Shown: positions 23,525 to 33,799 of the stretch, piece by piece | Numbering within the stretch: position 1 is the stretch's first letter | Layout of the letters: the number at the start of each line of letters is the position of its first letter | From: an uncultured Methanosarcinaceae archaeon | GTDB taxonomy: Archaea > Halobacteriota > Methanosarcinia > Methanosarcinales > Methanosarcinaceae | Assembly (NCBI GenBank): GCA_963833425.1 | Contig: CAWHXP010000008.1 | Coordinates: 180,578-244,577, forward strand | Length of the DNA: 64,000 nt | Reading direction: 5' to 3' | Notes under the pieces: generated by a model | What the model was told of the DNA's origin: nothing | Databases searched by the model: none | Seen by the model: the letters and a program-made list of their open reading frames with translations, nothing else | Translations under genes and position numbers: made by a program

Positions 23525-24300
23525 TCTAAAGCCACCTTTTTTATCGCGAAATCCAAAGTGGGATAAAGCGTTATCATTTATATGTTTCGATTTCATGAAA
23601 TCATTGATTGTTTTATAAAAACCATCATTTTAAAGATTAATATACGCATGCCTCTCCAAGTAATCATTTATAAGTGGAAAAAATTAATAAATGCAACTTT
23701 CTGAATTATATACAATTATGACCATGTTTTTATATTTAGAATTTATGATTTTTGAAGCTAAAAATCAAAAATATTCTGTCAAGTCTAGAATAAATTTTCT
23801 AGTTGAAAGTCAGTAATCGCCCTGCCTTCATAGAATTGACTGACCCCTGTAGGTATCTTATATAGGAAAAAAGGAACTCAGAAAAAAACACTAGATATTA
23901 TGAACGTTCAAAAGACAATAGAAAATAAAAGTTTAAGTATATTAGTGCTCTATATTCATTAAGAGTATTTCTAAGATTAAAATCACACAAATCTGATATT
24001 TCTAAGAAATAGTGATGTAACCACAAATGTGCGGGTCCTCTTCGTTCTTTCGCTCTTTCAATATACTTAGAGCTATCCGAAAAGTCATCAATGACATTTA
24101 TAAAAAAATAGATCTTAATGTCCTCGTATCCAGTCAATTTGTGTATATTGACTATTGCAAAAGTTCATGAGCCTACAAGACTATTCTGAAGCTCTTTTGG
24201 AATAAGTAAAAAATAGTCAAGCTAATACTTTCACCTTGCTTCCTTTACCTTGTTATCATTTTTTAATCAAATATTGCATTGATGCTCGCACTAAATCCTC

Positions 24301-24910
24301 ATTCTAACAGCACCTAAAGGCAGATTGTCCTTCATGTAGACATGGATCTTTTTTTGCATCCGCAGAGGTCAGAGAAGGCTGTAACTGAGAGGGCTTCCTG
24401 TTGTGGTAGGTGTAGATTAAAGGGAGGAACGGAGGGAGAGTGGTGAGTACTTGTTTATATGAGGCAAGAAAATATGGTATACATTCTGCAATGCCAATCT
24501 CAAAGGCTTATAAGCTCTGTCCAGATGCAGCCTTTGTACCTGTGAACATGAAGTTCTATGAAGGAGCTTCGGCAAATGTAAAGAAATATTAAAAGGATTT
24601 TGCTGAAAAATTCGAGCATGTGAGTGTGGATGAAACCTATCTTGTGCAGGACCTGATATCAAGAATTTTGACGAAGCTGCCACATATACCTCAGGATAAA
24701 TGACGAATTCAAGAGACAGAAAAGAATTACATGCTCGTTAGGTGTTGGACCTAACAAGCTTGTTATAAAGATCGCTTCTGGATACCAAAAATCTGATCGT
24801 CTTACATTTGTATAGACCTGAAGATGTTAGATGTTCTCTTTTTCCCTCCAGGTCTCAAAGATTCACATAAATAGTGAAAAAAACAACATACATCCTTAAA
24901 ATAAATGAAA
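24301..24910 (+). pseudogene. dinB: DNA polymerase IV (DinB) pseudogene, truncated
   Basis: IVLHVDMD, GLPVVVG, VVSTC.YEARKYGIHSAMPISKAYKLCPDA, SVDETYL, CSLGVGPNKL; many frameshifts. Confidence 0.88.
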
Positions 24911-25735
24911 CTAGGTGACATTAAATGAGAAGTCAAAAACAATTTTATGATTTCCTGTACTGTCGTGAATTATGTACGTACATTTGCTATTTTTCAATTT
25001 TTTCTTTGCAAGCTCCAGGCCTTTTTCATCTTTCTTGAAATTTATAAATTTTTTATACATAGCAAGCATGTCCTTAAGCTCTGAAACATACCTATAAAGG
25101 AGGTCTTCTGCCATTTTTTGGCTATCTTCTACAGAAATTGGATATCCAAGGCCTTCGCATTCACAAGTGCGTAGTTTTAGATCTTCTATATAAAAGGGAT
25201 ATGTTTTGCAGAGCATCGGACGTACCGGATAAACTTGGCATTCGTTTGCACTTTTTTCAAGAAGGGTGCAATCTAGGTTACTATTCCGCCTGACCATCCA
25301 TCCAAAAGCATGAATATTTCCTTCGCCATCGATATTTCCCTGAATGAGCTCAGGAAACTCAGGGCAAAAAGAAACTACTTTTCCTTCAGAAGCTCCGAAA
25401 AAGTCTTTATTTATGTTTTTTTTCTCTTCCAATCCATCTAGTTGAACTATTTCAGGGCCAAATGGTCCTGCGATCTCAAGTTTTGGTAGGCCCGTGAATT
25501 CTCGAATTTTTTCAATCTCAGCAGGTATTAACATTACCCTGTTATCTCCAAAAGCACGTCTGCAGCATTTTCCACAGTGCTTACAAGAGAAACCGATCAC
25601 TTTGATTTCAGCTGTAAGATCTTCTGGACAAAGTTTGAGAGCTGATTCTATTTCCTTTTTGAGGCTGGTGATTAGAAGAAGCTGATAGTTTGTTTTTTTA
25701 TTTTTTTGTTTACTGCCTGAACTGAAAATTTCCAT
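24911..25735 (-). CDS. YkgJ-family cysteine-cluster protein
   Basis: FSCKHCGKCC, C..L..C.VY..RP..C..YPF, CEGLG. Confidence 0.85.
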   Translation of the reverse strand: MEIFSSGSKQKNKKTNYQLLLITSLKKEIESALKLCPEDLTAEIKVIGFSCKHCGKCCRRAFGDNRVMLIPAEIEKIREFTGLPKLEIAGPFGPEIVQLDGLEEKKNINKDFFGASEGKVVSFCPEFPELIQGNIDGEGNIHAFGWMVRRNSNLDCTLLEKSANECQVYPVRPMLCKTYPFYIEDLKLRTCECEGLGYPISVEDSQKMAEDLLYRYVSELKDMLAMYKKFINFKKDEKGLELAKKKLKNSKCTYIIHDSTGNHKIVFDFSFNVT

Positions 25736-25768
25736 ATAAAAGGTCGTGTTCTGCAGGAACTTATAACT

Positions 25769-26050
25769 TTTTGTTTAAAGCACCTCTCATTTTCAATAGC
25801 TTAGTTTTACCTAAAATAAACTATGGTTATCAAAATTTCAATATTTCTATCCTAAAAAAACATCAACTCATTTAATATTAGGCCTTTCCATACGATTTTT
25901 GGCCCCCATTCCAAATAGGTAGTGGCTACTAAAATAAACAGGGAATGTGCCACTAATACGCGCATACGAAAGTTTTTATTCGATGGCATTGGAGAAGCTA
26001 GCCATCATAAAATCGTTCCTAGAGTAGCTAAATTAATCGTGTTTTATAAG
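25769..26050 (+). repeat. Dispersed ~300-bp repeat, copy B
   Basis: Colinear similarity to copy A at 19112. Confidence 0.8.
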
Positions 26051-26459
26051 GGCGACTTGATGAACTCAATGTCCATAATGAAACATTGAAAATGGATTTA
26101 GACCAAGCACGTTAGGATAAAGAAGACATTAAAAAGACGTTTGATAATTATATGATACAAGTTCAAACCCGTATTAGTCAAAAAGCAGTTTAAGTCCCAT
26201 GAGCAAAAAGCCATGGTGGCGGTTCTGGTGATGTTTGCTGCGATTATACTACAGAGATGAATGTGAATTGAAAAATTTTTAATAAAAGTAACTAGAGTTC
26301 CAATCAAAAAATTAAAATATTTTGTGGCTAATTTATTTATTTGACCAGGGCAAACTTCGCTTGAATTTGTTTTTTAATTTATATTGCATCATTGACTATT
26401 ATTTCAACATTCTCATTTTTATTTTCTGAAACACTATTAATTTTTCGATATTCATGTCT

Positions 26460-26762
26460 TCAATAGCCTTCTGGGAACCGTCGCTCCAAAATCCACATGC
26501 AAATCCTGCAGTCTCCTGAGTCAGCTGCTTCTTTCAGACGCTTTAAACACTTCAAAGTCCCTTTTGCGTTGCATTTTTTAATATGTTTATAAAACTCAAA
26601 GTATTCCCCAGATTTTGAATTTTTTCCTTTATTCATCCAGTCATTGAACGTTTGATATGTTATCCCTGCAGATGCTGCAGCAAGGGCATAAGTGAGTCCC
26701 AATGTAACATTATCCCCGATTTGCTGTTTTATCTTAGGGGTTAATTTTGAAGGTCGTGCCAT
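26460..26762 (-). CDS. Phage terminase-small-subunit-like HTH protein
   Basis: MARPSKLT..AAASAGITYQTFNDWM.KG..WILERRFPE pattern. Confidence 0.55.
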   Translation of the reverse strand: MARPSKLTPKIKQQIGDNVTLGLTYALAAASAGITYQTFNDWMNKGKNSKSGEYFEFYKHIKKCNAKGTLKCLKRLKEAADSGDCRICMWILERRFPEGY

Positions 26763-27399
26763 TTTGATCTCATTTTTAATTTTTTAATAAATATATGTGA
26801 TGCTAAGTACTTACAGTTTTCTTCATTATCCGATGCATGAAACCAAGATTCGAATTATTAAGAGCCTATTAAAAAAGTCTGAACATACTGAAGCTTTTCA
26901 ATACACAATTAGACGGGTATTCTGATACTATAGACTAATTATAGCTTTGAAAACATTCCCCTAATGACTGTTTCTCATAGGAACGATTTTGAGACGAACT
27001 ATGCATTTTTTTGAGTTAGAAAATGTTATAATTGCATTACAAAAACTCAATGGTAGAGCTGAGAATAAGCCAGTTAGTGCCAATCTATATACGAAATCTG
27101 TAACAAGATTAGCAATATAGTTCAAGCTAATAAAAAAGTAAATGAAATCTCATCTTGAATTGAGAATTTAAGTAATCAATATTATTTCTATAGAACTATA
27201 AAAGGTGCTATTGATGCGATATGAAGATTCTAGAGAAGTCTGATATTCATATAATCATCATTACTTTTTTTATACAGTAAGCGAGTTCTTGGCATCGTAA
27301 AAATATTTTATTTATTTTAAAATATAAGAATTTATAAATAGAAATTTATCAGTTTCTTTATCCCTTCTATGCCCTGGAGCTGGATACAGAAACTCAGGC

Positions 27400-28094
27400 A
27401 GGCTTCTTATGGGATATTGGTAGGCGAATTGGAAAAGTAGGCAATCTAAAACTTAAAAATGTAAAATTTGATGAGTATGGAGCAGTTATACTCGTCAATG
27501 GGAAAACTGGTCCAAGAAGAGTGAGAGCCGTCTGGAAAGTCTCTTATTTAATGAACTGATTAGAAGAACATCCTGAAAGAGAAAACTCGAAGCTCCTTTA
27601 TGGTTCAATCTTTCACGTAGGAAAAAGGGCTTAGAAAACATGCAATAAGGTGCTATCAGAATGCAGTTGCAAAGGATAGCAGAAGCAGCTGGAAGTAAGA
27701 AAAGAATTCATGCTCGTCTTTTCAGGCATTCAATTTCGACATATATAGCAAATTATTTGACAGAGGCTCAAATGAATATGCACTTCTGACGGGTCCAGGG
27801 TTCTAATATGCCTAGTATTTATGTCCACTTGTCTGGAGAGCTGTAGATCAGGCGGTTTTGATAGCGAATGGTATTGAAATTATAAAAGAGGAAAACAAAC
27901 AAAAAACTAAGGTTTGCCCCAGATGTAGGAGCATAAATACTCAGGATACTCTTTTCTGCTATAAATGTGCTGCTGCTTTGACGCTTGAAACTGTAATGAA
28001 TTTAGAGGAAAAGTTAAAGCCTGCTGATAATGTGAATAGTGTATTAGAATCAAAGATTAACGAGTTAGTTGAAGCGAGAGTTAATAACTGTTAG
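27400..28094 (+). pseudogene. Tyrosine recombinase remnant (catalytic half plus C-terminal Zn ribbon)
   Basis: VKFDEYGAVILVNGKTGPRRVR, HARLFRHS, PSIYVHLSG, CPRC..CYKC; stops and frameshifts; paralogous to 59960..61096. Confidence 0.88.
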
Positions 28095-28588
28095 CCAAAT
28101 ATGGCCTACATTTATCCGAAAAAAAACAAAACTGGAAGGTGTAATAGTAATAAAGGTCTATAATGTCTGAACATATTCATCATATTATTGTCAAGTGTGT
28201 GAGTTATAGTGTTACAAACATTTTAGAATAGATTCTAAAATGTTGCCCCAAAAATCGACCAATCTCAACCTTCGGTAATGAGAAGTGTCGGATATAATAT
28301 TTCTTAATGACAGAAGTACCATAGAAAAAGTTCATCTCCTCAAGAACAATATTTTCTTCGAAAAAGAAAATCTTAAAACAATAATTCCAAATAAATCTCA
28401 AAATCAATTCATTAATTCAATAAAAGTGTCAAATAAAACCGAAATAAATCAAATAATTCGCATAAAAAAGCCTTAATTAGCGGGAAATCATCAAATAAAC
28501 CGATAAGGGTAAGCATTCAACAGAAACCATAATGGTCCTTATCACAATCACTGCTCAGATCCCTACTACGGTCACCAAACCATATAAC

Positions 28589-28855
28589 AATGTGCGGTTC
28601 TAAACCACTAATCCACCATTTATACCATGCTTTTTTGTAAAATCCAATTAGCGACGCTAATATCGATTTTATGGTGGCAGCTTATCTCCAATGTAATCTT
28701 ATGAAAACCTTGCCTTGAGCCTAACAATGGCCTATAAAGTGTTATATTTTAGTAGGTATACCCATTTGAAATGGTGGCCATAAATAGGATGGAAAGAACT
28801 ATTACTAAGCGAGTTGATGCCTTTCTAATATTAAAATACTGAAACTTTAATCAAT
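28589..28855 (-). repeat. Dispersed ~300-bp repeat, copy C (inverted)
   Basis: AATTAGCGACGCTA, AACCTTGCCTTGAGCCTA and ACTAAGCGAGTTGATG are reverse complements of copy A segments in colinear order. Confidence 0.8.
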
Positions 28856-29079
28856 AAAGGTTTCAAAGTTGAGATGGATAAATTATGGGATTGAAAATAA
28901 GTTTAATTTAAAAATAGGTAAACCTAATGTAGTGTTAAATAGTTTCAGACAGAGAAGGGATTTTAAAGCTCTATTTTGAGAAAGTTTTATTTGTGCTCTT
29001 GATATTTCAATATGAGATCCCCATTATATGAAAAATAACTAAGTTGGGTAGTTTTTGAGATGAATAGTTTTCTTATTTG

Positions 29080-29198
29080 GCTTACACTATTCGGAATAGC
29101 TGCCTAAATCTAGATTAATCTGAGAAATACTCTGCTTTTATATTCTTTGCTGTGAAACTAAATTTTTGATTCAATATTGTGATTTTTACAACGGAACC
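29080..29198 (+). mobile_element. IS6 right-end remnant
   Basis: TLFGIAA* (IS6 transposase C-terminus; compare QLFGIVL* in the 1731 element) followed by TIR TTTTTACAACGGAACC. Confidence 0.7.
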
Positions 29199-29264
29199 AA
29201 AAGTTCATATAATCAATTATCCGATACTACCGCAAAGAGATTATTTGGTTTAGGAGCGATTCCT

Positions 29265-29600
29265 ATGGTAGAAACTGCGTCTGTTGACATGAAACTTTTG
29301 TCTCTGCCTCCATTAAAGTGGGTGGCCGGTACGGTTAACGAAATACTTGTTCAGCCGGGAGAGCAATTCTACTTGTTTGCGGTAAAACCTGCAAATGGAT
29401 CAGGAGTGCTTGTACGTATTGCCGATGCGCATACATGGGCCACGATAAGTTCCGTTACCACAGATAATCTGGTCTACGATTTAATGAAAGAAGCGTATTT
29501 CCGAAAACTCAATGTTCAGGTTGGCTATCGCGATTTTGGTCCAGATCCACAGAGCGGAATAAACAAGCTTTGCATTGATCGTGTGATTCTGGCGCAGTAA
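29265..29600 (+). CDS. Hypothetical 111-aa protein
   Basis: ATG at 29265 after AGGAG, TATA-like TTCATATAA upstream, protein-like composition, downstream hairpin. Confidence 0.75.
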   Translation: MVETASVDMKLLSLPPLKWVAGTVNEILVQPGEQFYLFAVKPANGSGVLVRIADAHTWATISSVTTDNLVYDLMKEAYFRKLNVQVGYRDFGPDPQSGINKLCIDRVILAQ

Positions 29601-29627
29601 TCTGCCAGAGTTGAGGGGATTGATTCG

Positions 29628-29659
29628 GAAAAAGGTTCGGAAAAGATGAAACCTTTTTC
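29628..29659 (+). terminator. Hairpin/T-tract terminator
   Basis: GAAAAAGGTT..AACCTTTTTC inverted repeat about 28 bp after the stop codon. Confidence 0.55.
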
Positions 29660-29673
29660 TTCACTTTACCAAT

Positions 29674-29822
29674 GGTTCTGTTGCAAAAAATCTGGCTTTG
29701 TTATAAAATCTGTGCAAAACTTCACAATTCTGAAGGTCAATTAATCTCATAATCTGTAAATAGCACACAAAGATAAAAATTACAGTATCAAACTGTGGAA
29801 ATATTATTTTTGCAACAAAACC
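29674..29822. mobile_element. 149-bp IS6-derived MITE
   Basis: GGTTCTGTTGCAAAAA ... TTTTTGCAACAAAACC, near-identical to the IS6 TIRs at 1731/2580; no transposase. Confidence 0.8.
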
Positions 29823-30049
29823 GCAAGAGCAATCAACAAACTTTTCGCCTAACTCTTCCAAAGCGCTGCATTATATACACTCACTTCTTTTCTGAGTATT
29901 TGATTTAATGGTAAAGGCTTTTTGGTATTTATGGAGATTACAGACTTTAAAGCTCAAAATAACATCTTGAAAGACATGAACTTGAAGACCTTAATAAAAA
30001 AATCTAAGAGATTAATTAAAAACTGAAGTAAACCAACTCAAAAATTCGT

Positions 30050-30833
30050 TTAAACCCCTACAATCCTTTTAAATTTTTATTGTGACTTTGTGCTCTTCCC
30101 TGACTGTCTTTCAACAGTAATCATCCCTAAGCTTTCTAATTCGTGGAGAGCCCTAATGAAAATGCACTTATCCATTTTGTAAAACCGGTTTAGTCCACTA
30201 TTTGAGATAACAAGACTTTTTTGAGTCCCTTTTAGGCCCTTCCGGAATCATATATAATGAGCCACCCTGAAAGTTGGCTCCCCCTTTCTGGATCAGAGCT
30301 TTATCACGAGTATTTGGTGCACGTTGATCATTTTAATGGTCTCTTCATCTGTTAGCATATCTTCAGGCAGCTTCTTATCTTTATTTTTAATATTGATAGT
30401 AAACCATTTAGTGAGTTCAGACTCTTCTCCTTTAGATAGCCATTTATAAAACTTCTTAGGTGTAACTTTATACTCTTGTCTATTTGCTTTACTTTGCGTT
30501 TTTTTGTTGACTAAAATTAAAGAGGGTTTCGAGAAACCTCCAATTTTAACAAATTACTTATATAGGCTTTATAAGCAACCAGCAAAAAATTGGGGTTTAT
30601 CGAAATCCTCTAAAGATATTCAATATCCTTTTTATGGCTTTGTCAAAGTCCATATTCAGCAAAAGTGCTAGACTTTTTAACGTGGCAACATATTCCAAGA
30701 TCCGTTGGTCTGATAAACCTTCAACATAACAACTATGAACAAAATATTTAATAAGCGCAATATACTCTTTTGACATTCCAGAGTCACCTAATGTATCTAT
30801 TCTGACTTGTACGTTTATATCGTAAAGTCCTAT
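30050..30833 (-). pseudogene. Tyrosine recombinase N-terminal remnant, interrupted by a MITE
   Basis: EGLSDQRILEYVATLK..DFDKA, YKVTPKKFYKWL, KKLPEDMLTDEE..RDKALI. Confidence 0.75.
30522..30610 (+). mobile_element. 89-bp MITE with TAAA target-site duplication
   Basis: TIR GAGGGTTTCGAGAAACCTCCAATTTT / AAAATTGGGGTTTATCGAAATCCTC; TAAA at 30518-30521 and 30611-30614. Confidence 0.88.
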
Positions 30834-31017
30834 TAGTACTTAAATATAATAAAGTACATTGAACAATAAGTGCATATCACTGTAGATACATCAAATTAAC
30901 GCAGGAAGCAATTGACATCAAAGTTATTCTAAAATTCCCATTCGTGAAAATTTTGTTCAGAAGCGAATAGATCGTGATACGAAAGTATATCAAGGAACTG
31001 GTTTTAATTAAGTTTAT

Positions 31018-31521
31018 ATGTGGAATAAATTAGCAGAAAAATTTGAAAAATACCCTGCACAGGCGAAAGTACTTAAATTGCTATTTGAACGTGGATTTCA
31101 GGTGAATGAGGAGGGAAAAGTCACTTCAGGAAGTATTGAGATCGCGCATACACAGCTTGCAAGAGAAGCAGGCGTGGACAGGAGAGTTGTAGACGCTACA
31201 ACAAAGACGATTATCTCAGACGAGTTCTTTAGTGCTATTTTTAAAAATGTTCATTCAATTCCTTTTCTCAGAGATGTTGCCCCATCACTTGGGTTAGGAG
31301 TGATAATTATTATCCCGAAAGATGCTACTGATATGGGTATCCTTGCAGAAGTAGCAGGTATTATTTCCAAAAACAACGTAAGTATCCGGCAGGCTGTTTC
31401 AGATGACCCCTACCTTACTGACAACCCAAGGCTTACAATCATTACTGATCGTAAAGTTCCTGGAGACCTGGTAGATCAGATCTTGAATCTACCCTCAGTT
31501 AAAGGAGTAAGTATTTATTGA
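31018..31521 (+). CDS. ACT-domain amino-acid metabolism regulator (COG2150-like)
   Basis: LAREAGVDRRVVDAT HTH-like segment plus GILAEVAGII..SIRQAVSDDP ACT domain. Confidence 0.85.
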   Translation: MWNKLAEKFEKYPAQAKVLKLLFERGFQVNEEGKVTSGSIEIAHTQLAREAGVDRRVVDATTKTIISDEFFSAIFKNVHSIPFLRDVAPSLGLGVIIIIPKDATDMGILAEVAGIISKNNVSIRQAVSDDPYLTDNPRLTIITDRKVPGDLVDQILNLPSVKGVSIY

Positions 31522-31879
31522 TATTTCTGTATCAGTAAAAGTTAAACGGAATTAAATCGAAGAAATGGCGTAAGAACTAGGTGATTTTCAATATTCTCCA
31601 TATGCACAAGATATGATTTGTTTGTCGATTTGCCTACTATCATTATAAAAATAGTACTTAAGCGCTTGTTTTATAAAATCATTACGAATGACATTGTGAG
31701 CAAATTCTTTCTAAACAGCTATATGCCTGGTGAAATTATTTTCCAATTCAACTGGGTGGACCCAAAAATTGATGCTTGTTGTTATCTTTTATACGGACTT
31801 CATAATGAATTCAGTCCACTTATTCATTTTAAGTTTAAGTCACCAATTTAACTGGTCATAAGAGAAGTTACCAGCTGGA

Positions 31880-31990
31880 ACCGTAGACATGCGATATATC
31901 TATCGGGATTAGTGATCCAAGCCAATCGTGGGATCGCGTTAACCATCGTATGGAACTGCGCTTCGCTTTCTGCAAGACTAATTTCGGTTT
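31880..31990 (-). pseudogene. PAS-domain sensor fragment
   Basis: LAESEAQFHTMVNAIPRLAWITNPD, typical PAS N-terminus. Confidence 0.55.
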
Positions 31991-32541
31991 CGAAATTATA
32001 TATAGATTGATTTCTTGCAGACATATGGATGTTTTTACGGTTTTAGAGTTTGGCTTAAGTTAGAAATTTTGAATATTTATTACACACAATATTTACACTT
32101 TTAAATTATAGTACTATACCTAATAGCATCAAGAGTATTCAAATCTGTAATTGACCATAGATGATTTCAACGAATTCATAAATTTTATTGTATGTTAACA
32201 AATGAAGTATAAACTTAACTAAGAAATATCATGAATTTATCAAACTTCTTTATATATGACCTCCTTTTGGTTACCTTTTGCACAGAAAAAAAGTAACAAA
32301 AGTGGAACATGTTGTTAATCTTAGAGATTGCATAGTAAATCCGTGGAATTTGATACCAGTATTCTTTACTAGAAATTAGAGACTTTAAGCTTCTTGCTGC
32401 TCAAAGAAGAAATATAATAGTTATTAACTACCAAATAGATGCCTATTCAGAAATTAACAGCACAGTGAATTGGAAAAAATATAAAAATGAGTTAAGTTAT
32501 CCCGCAAGAAAAAAATAAAACTAAAATAAAGAGTTCATACT

Positions 32542-33102
32542 ATGATCGATCTGATAATAAAAGCACTCTGGATGATGTTTCCAGCTTACATTCCCAATTC
32601 CTTTGCAGCTATTTTTGGTGGTGGGAATCCTATTGATGGAGGCAGGTTTTTAAAGGATGGAGAAAGAGTCATAGGGGATGGGAAAACATACAGGGGCTTT
32701 TTTTCAGGAATCTTTTTTGGAGTTCTCGCAGGCAGTATTCAAATATGGCTCAATTCAAATGGTTTCGAGATTTTAGGAATTGAGGTACCATCTTTTGGCC
32801 AGGACTACCCTGACGCACTAAAAGTTGTCTTCGCTCTTTCTTGCGGTTCACTTCTCGGAGACATGTTCAAGAGTTTTTTCAAGCGTCGAATGAATCTGAA
32901 AAGAGGTGCCGCCCTTCCACTTGTAGACCAGCTGGATTTTGTAGTGGGATCTTGGGTTTTCACATATCTTATCTCCCCAGAATGGTTTATGAGCAATTTT
33001 ACTCCCAATGTGATGATAATAGTCCTTTTAATAACACCTCTACTTCATCTTACCACAAACATTATAGGATACTCTATAGGGGTAAAGAAAGAACCCTGGT
33101 AA
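32542..33102 (+). CDS. carS: CDP-archaeol synthase
   Basis: PAYIPN..GGGNPIDGG, GDGKTYRG, GDMFKSFFKRR, PLVDQLDF, KKEPW. Confidence 0.93.
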   Translation: MIDLIIKALWMMFPAYIPNSFAAIFGGGNPIDGGRFLKDGERVIGDGKTYRGFFSGIFFGVLAGSIQIWLNSNGFEILGIEVPSFGQDYPDALKVVFALSCGSLLGDMFKSFFKRRMNLKRGAALPLVDQLDFVVGSWVFTYLISPEWFMSNFTPNVMIIVLLITPLLHLTTNIIGYSIGVKKEPW

Positions 33103-33235
33103 AATCACTTAAATCAATAAAATTTTGAGGCAAAAAAATATGAGAAAATGAATAAGATTCTCTGAAGATTAGGAAATAACATTTGTGATAATGATAAAAA
33201 TTAATGGCGCAATGAAAGCTGCAACAGGTGAGGTC

Positions 33236-33799
33236 ATGAGCAAGTCAAAACCAGAAACAAAAAAAGAGTTAGATATCCAAAAACAGGAACTTATCGAAGC
33301 CCTCAAAGCATGTGGAGCTGTTCAATATGGGAACTTCAAGCTTACTTCAGGAAAGAAAACCAAGTATTATATAGATATCAAAAAAGCCAGTACTAATCCT
33401 AAAACCTTGAAACTTATAGCCAGACGAGCAGCAATCAAAATCGAGAATATGGATGTAAGCACAATTGCAGGGATCGAATTGGGGAGCGTGCCGCTGGCAA
33501 CAGCAGTTTCGATGGAAACAGGACTTCCATTGCTTTTAATTCGTAAGGCTACGAAGGACTACGGCACAGAAAGCCGGTTTGTAGGTGATATTAAACCAAA
33601 AGACAAGATTGTAATGCTCGAAGATGTTACTACAACTGGAGGTTCTGTCAGAGATGCAGTCAAAATCGTCAGGGAAGCTGGAGCTAGTGTGAAGCATATA
33701 ATTAGTGTCGTAGACAGAGAAGAAGGGGCAAAGGAGAAGATGAGAGAAATAGGAGCAGAGCTTTTCCCTCTTGTAAGTGCAAGCGACCTGTTGAACTGA
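33236..33799 (+). CDS. pyrE: Orotate phosphoribosyltransferase
   Basis: FKLTSGKKTKYYID, IRKATKDYG, LEDVTTTGGS; start after GAGGT. Confidence 0.95.
   Translation: MSKSKPETKKELDIQKQELIEALKACGAVQYGNFKLTSGKKTKYYIDIKKASTNPKTLKLIARRAAIKIENMDVSTIAGIELGSVPLATAVSMETGLPLLLIRKATKDYGTESRFVGDIKPKDKIVMLEDVTTTGGSVRDAVKIVREAGASVKHIISVVDREEGAKEKMREIGAELFPLVSASDLLN

Noticed and set aside
29166..29264. N-terminal extension of the 144-aa ORF call
   Set aside because: It runs through the IS6 TIR; the ATG at 29265 has a proper RBS
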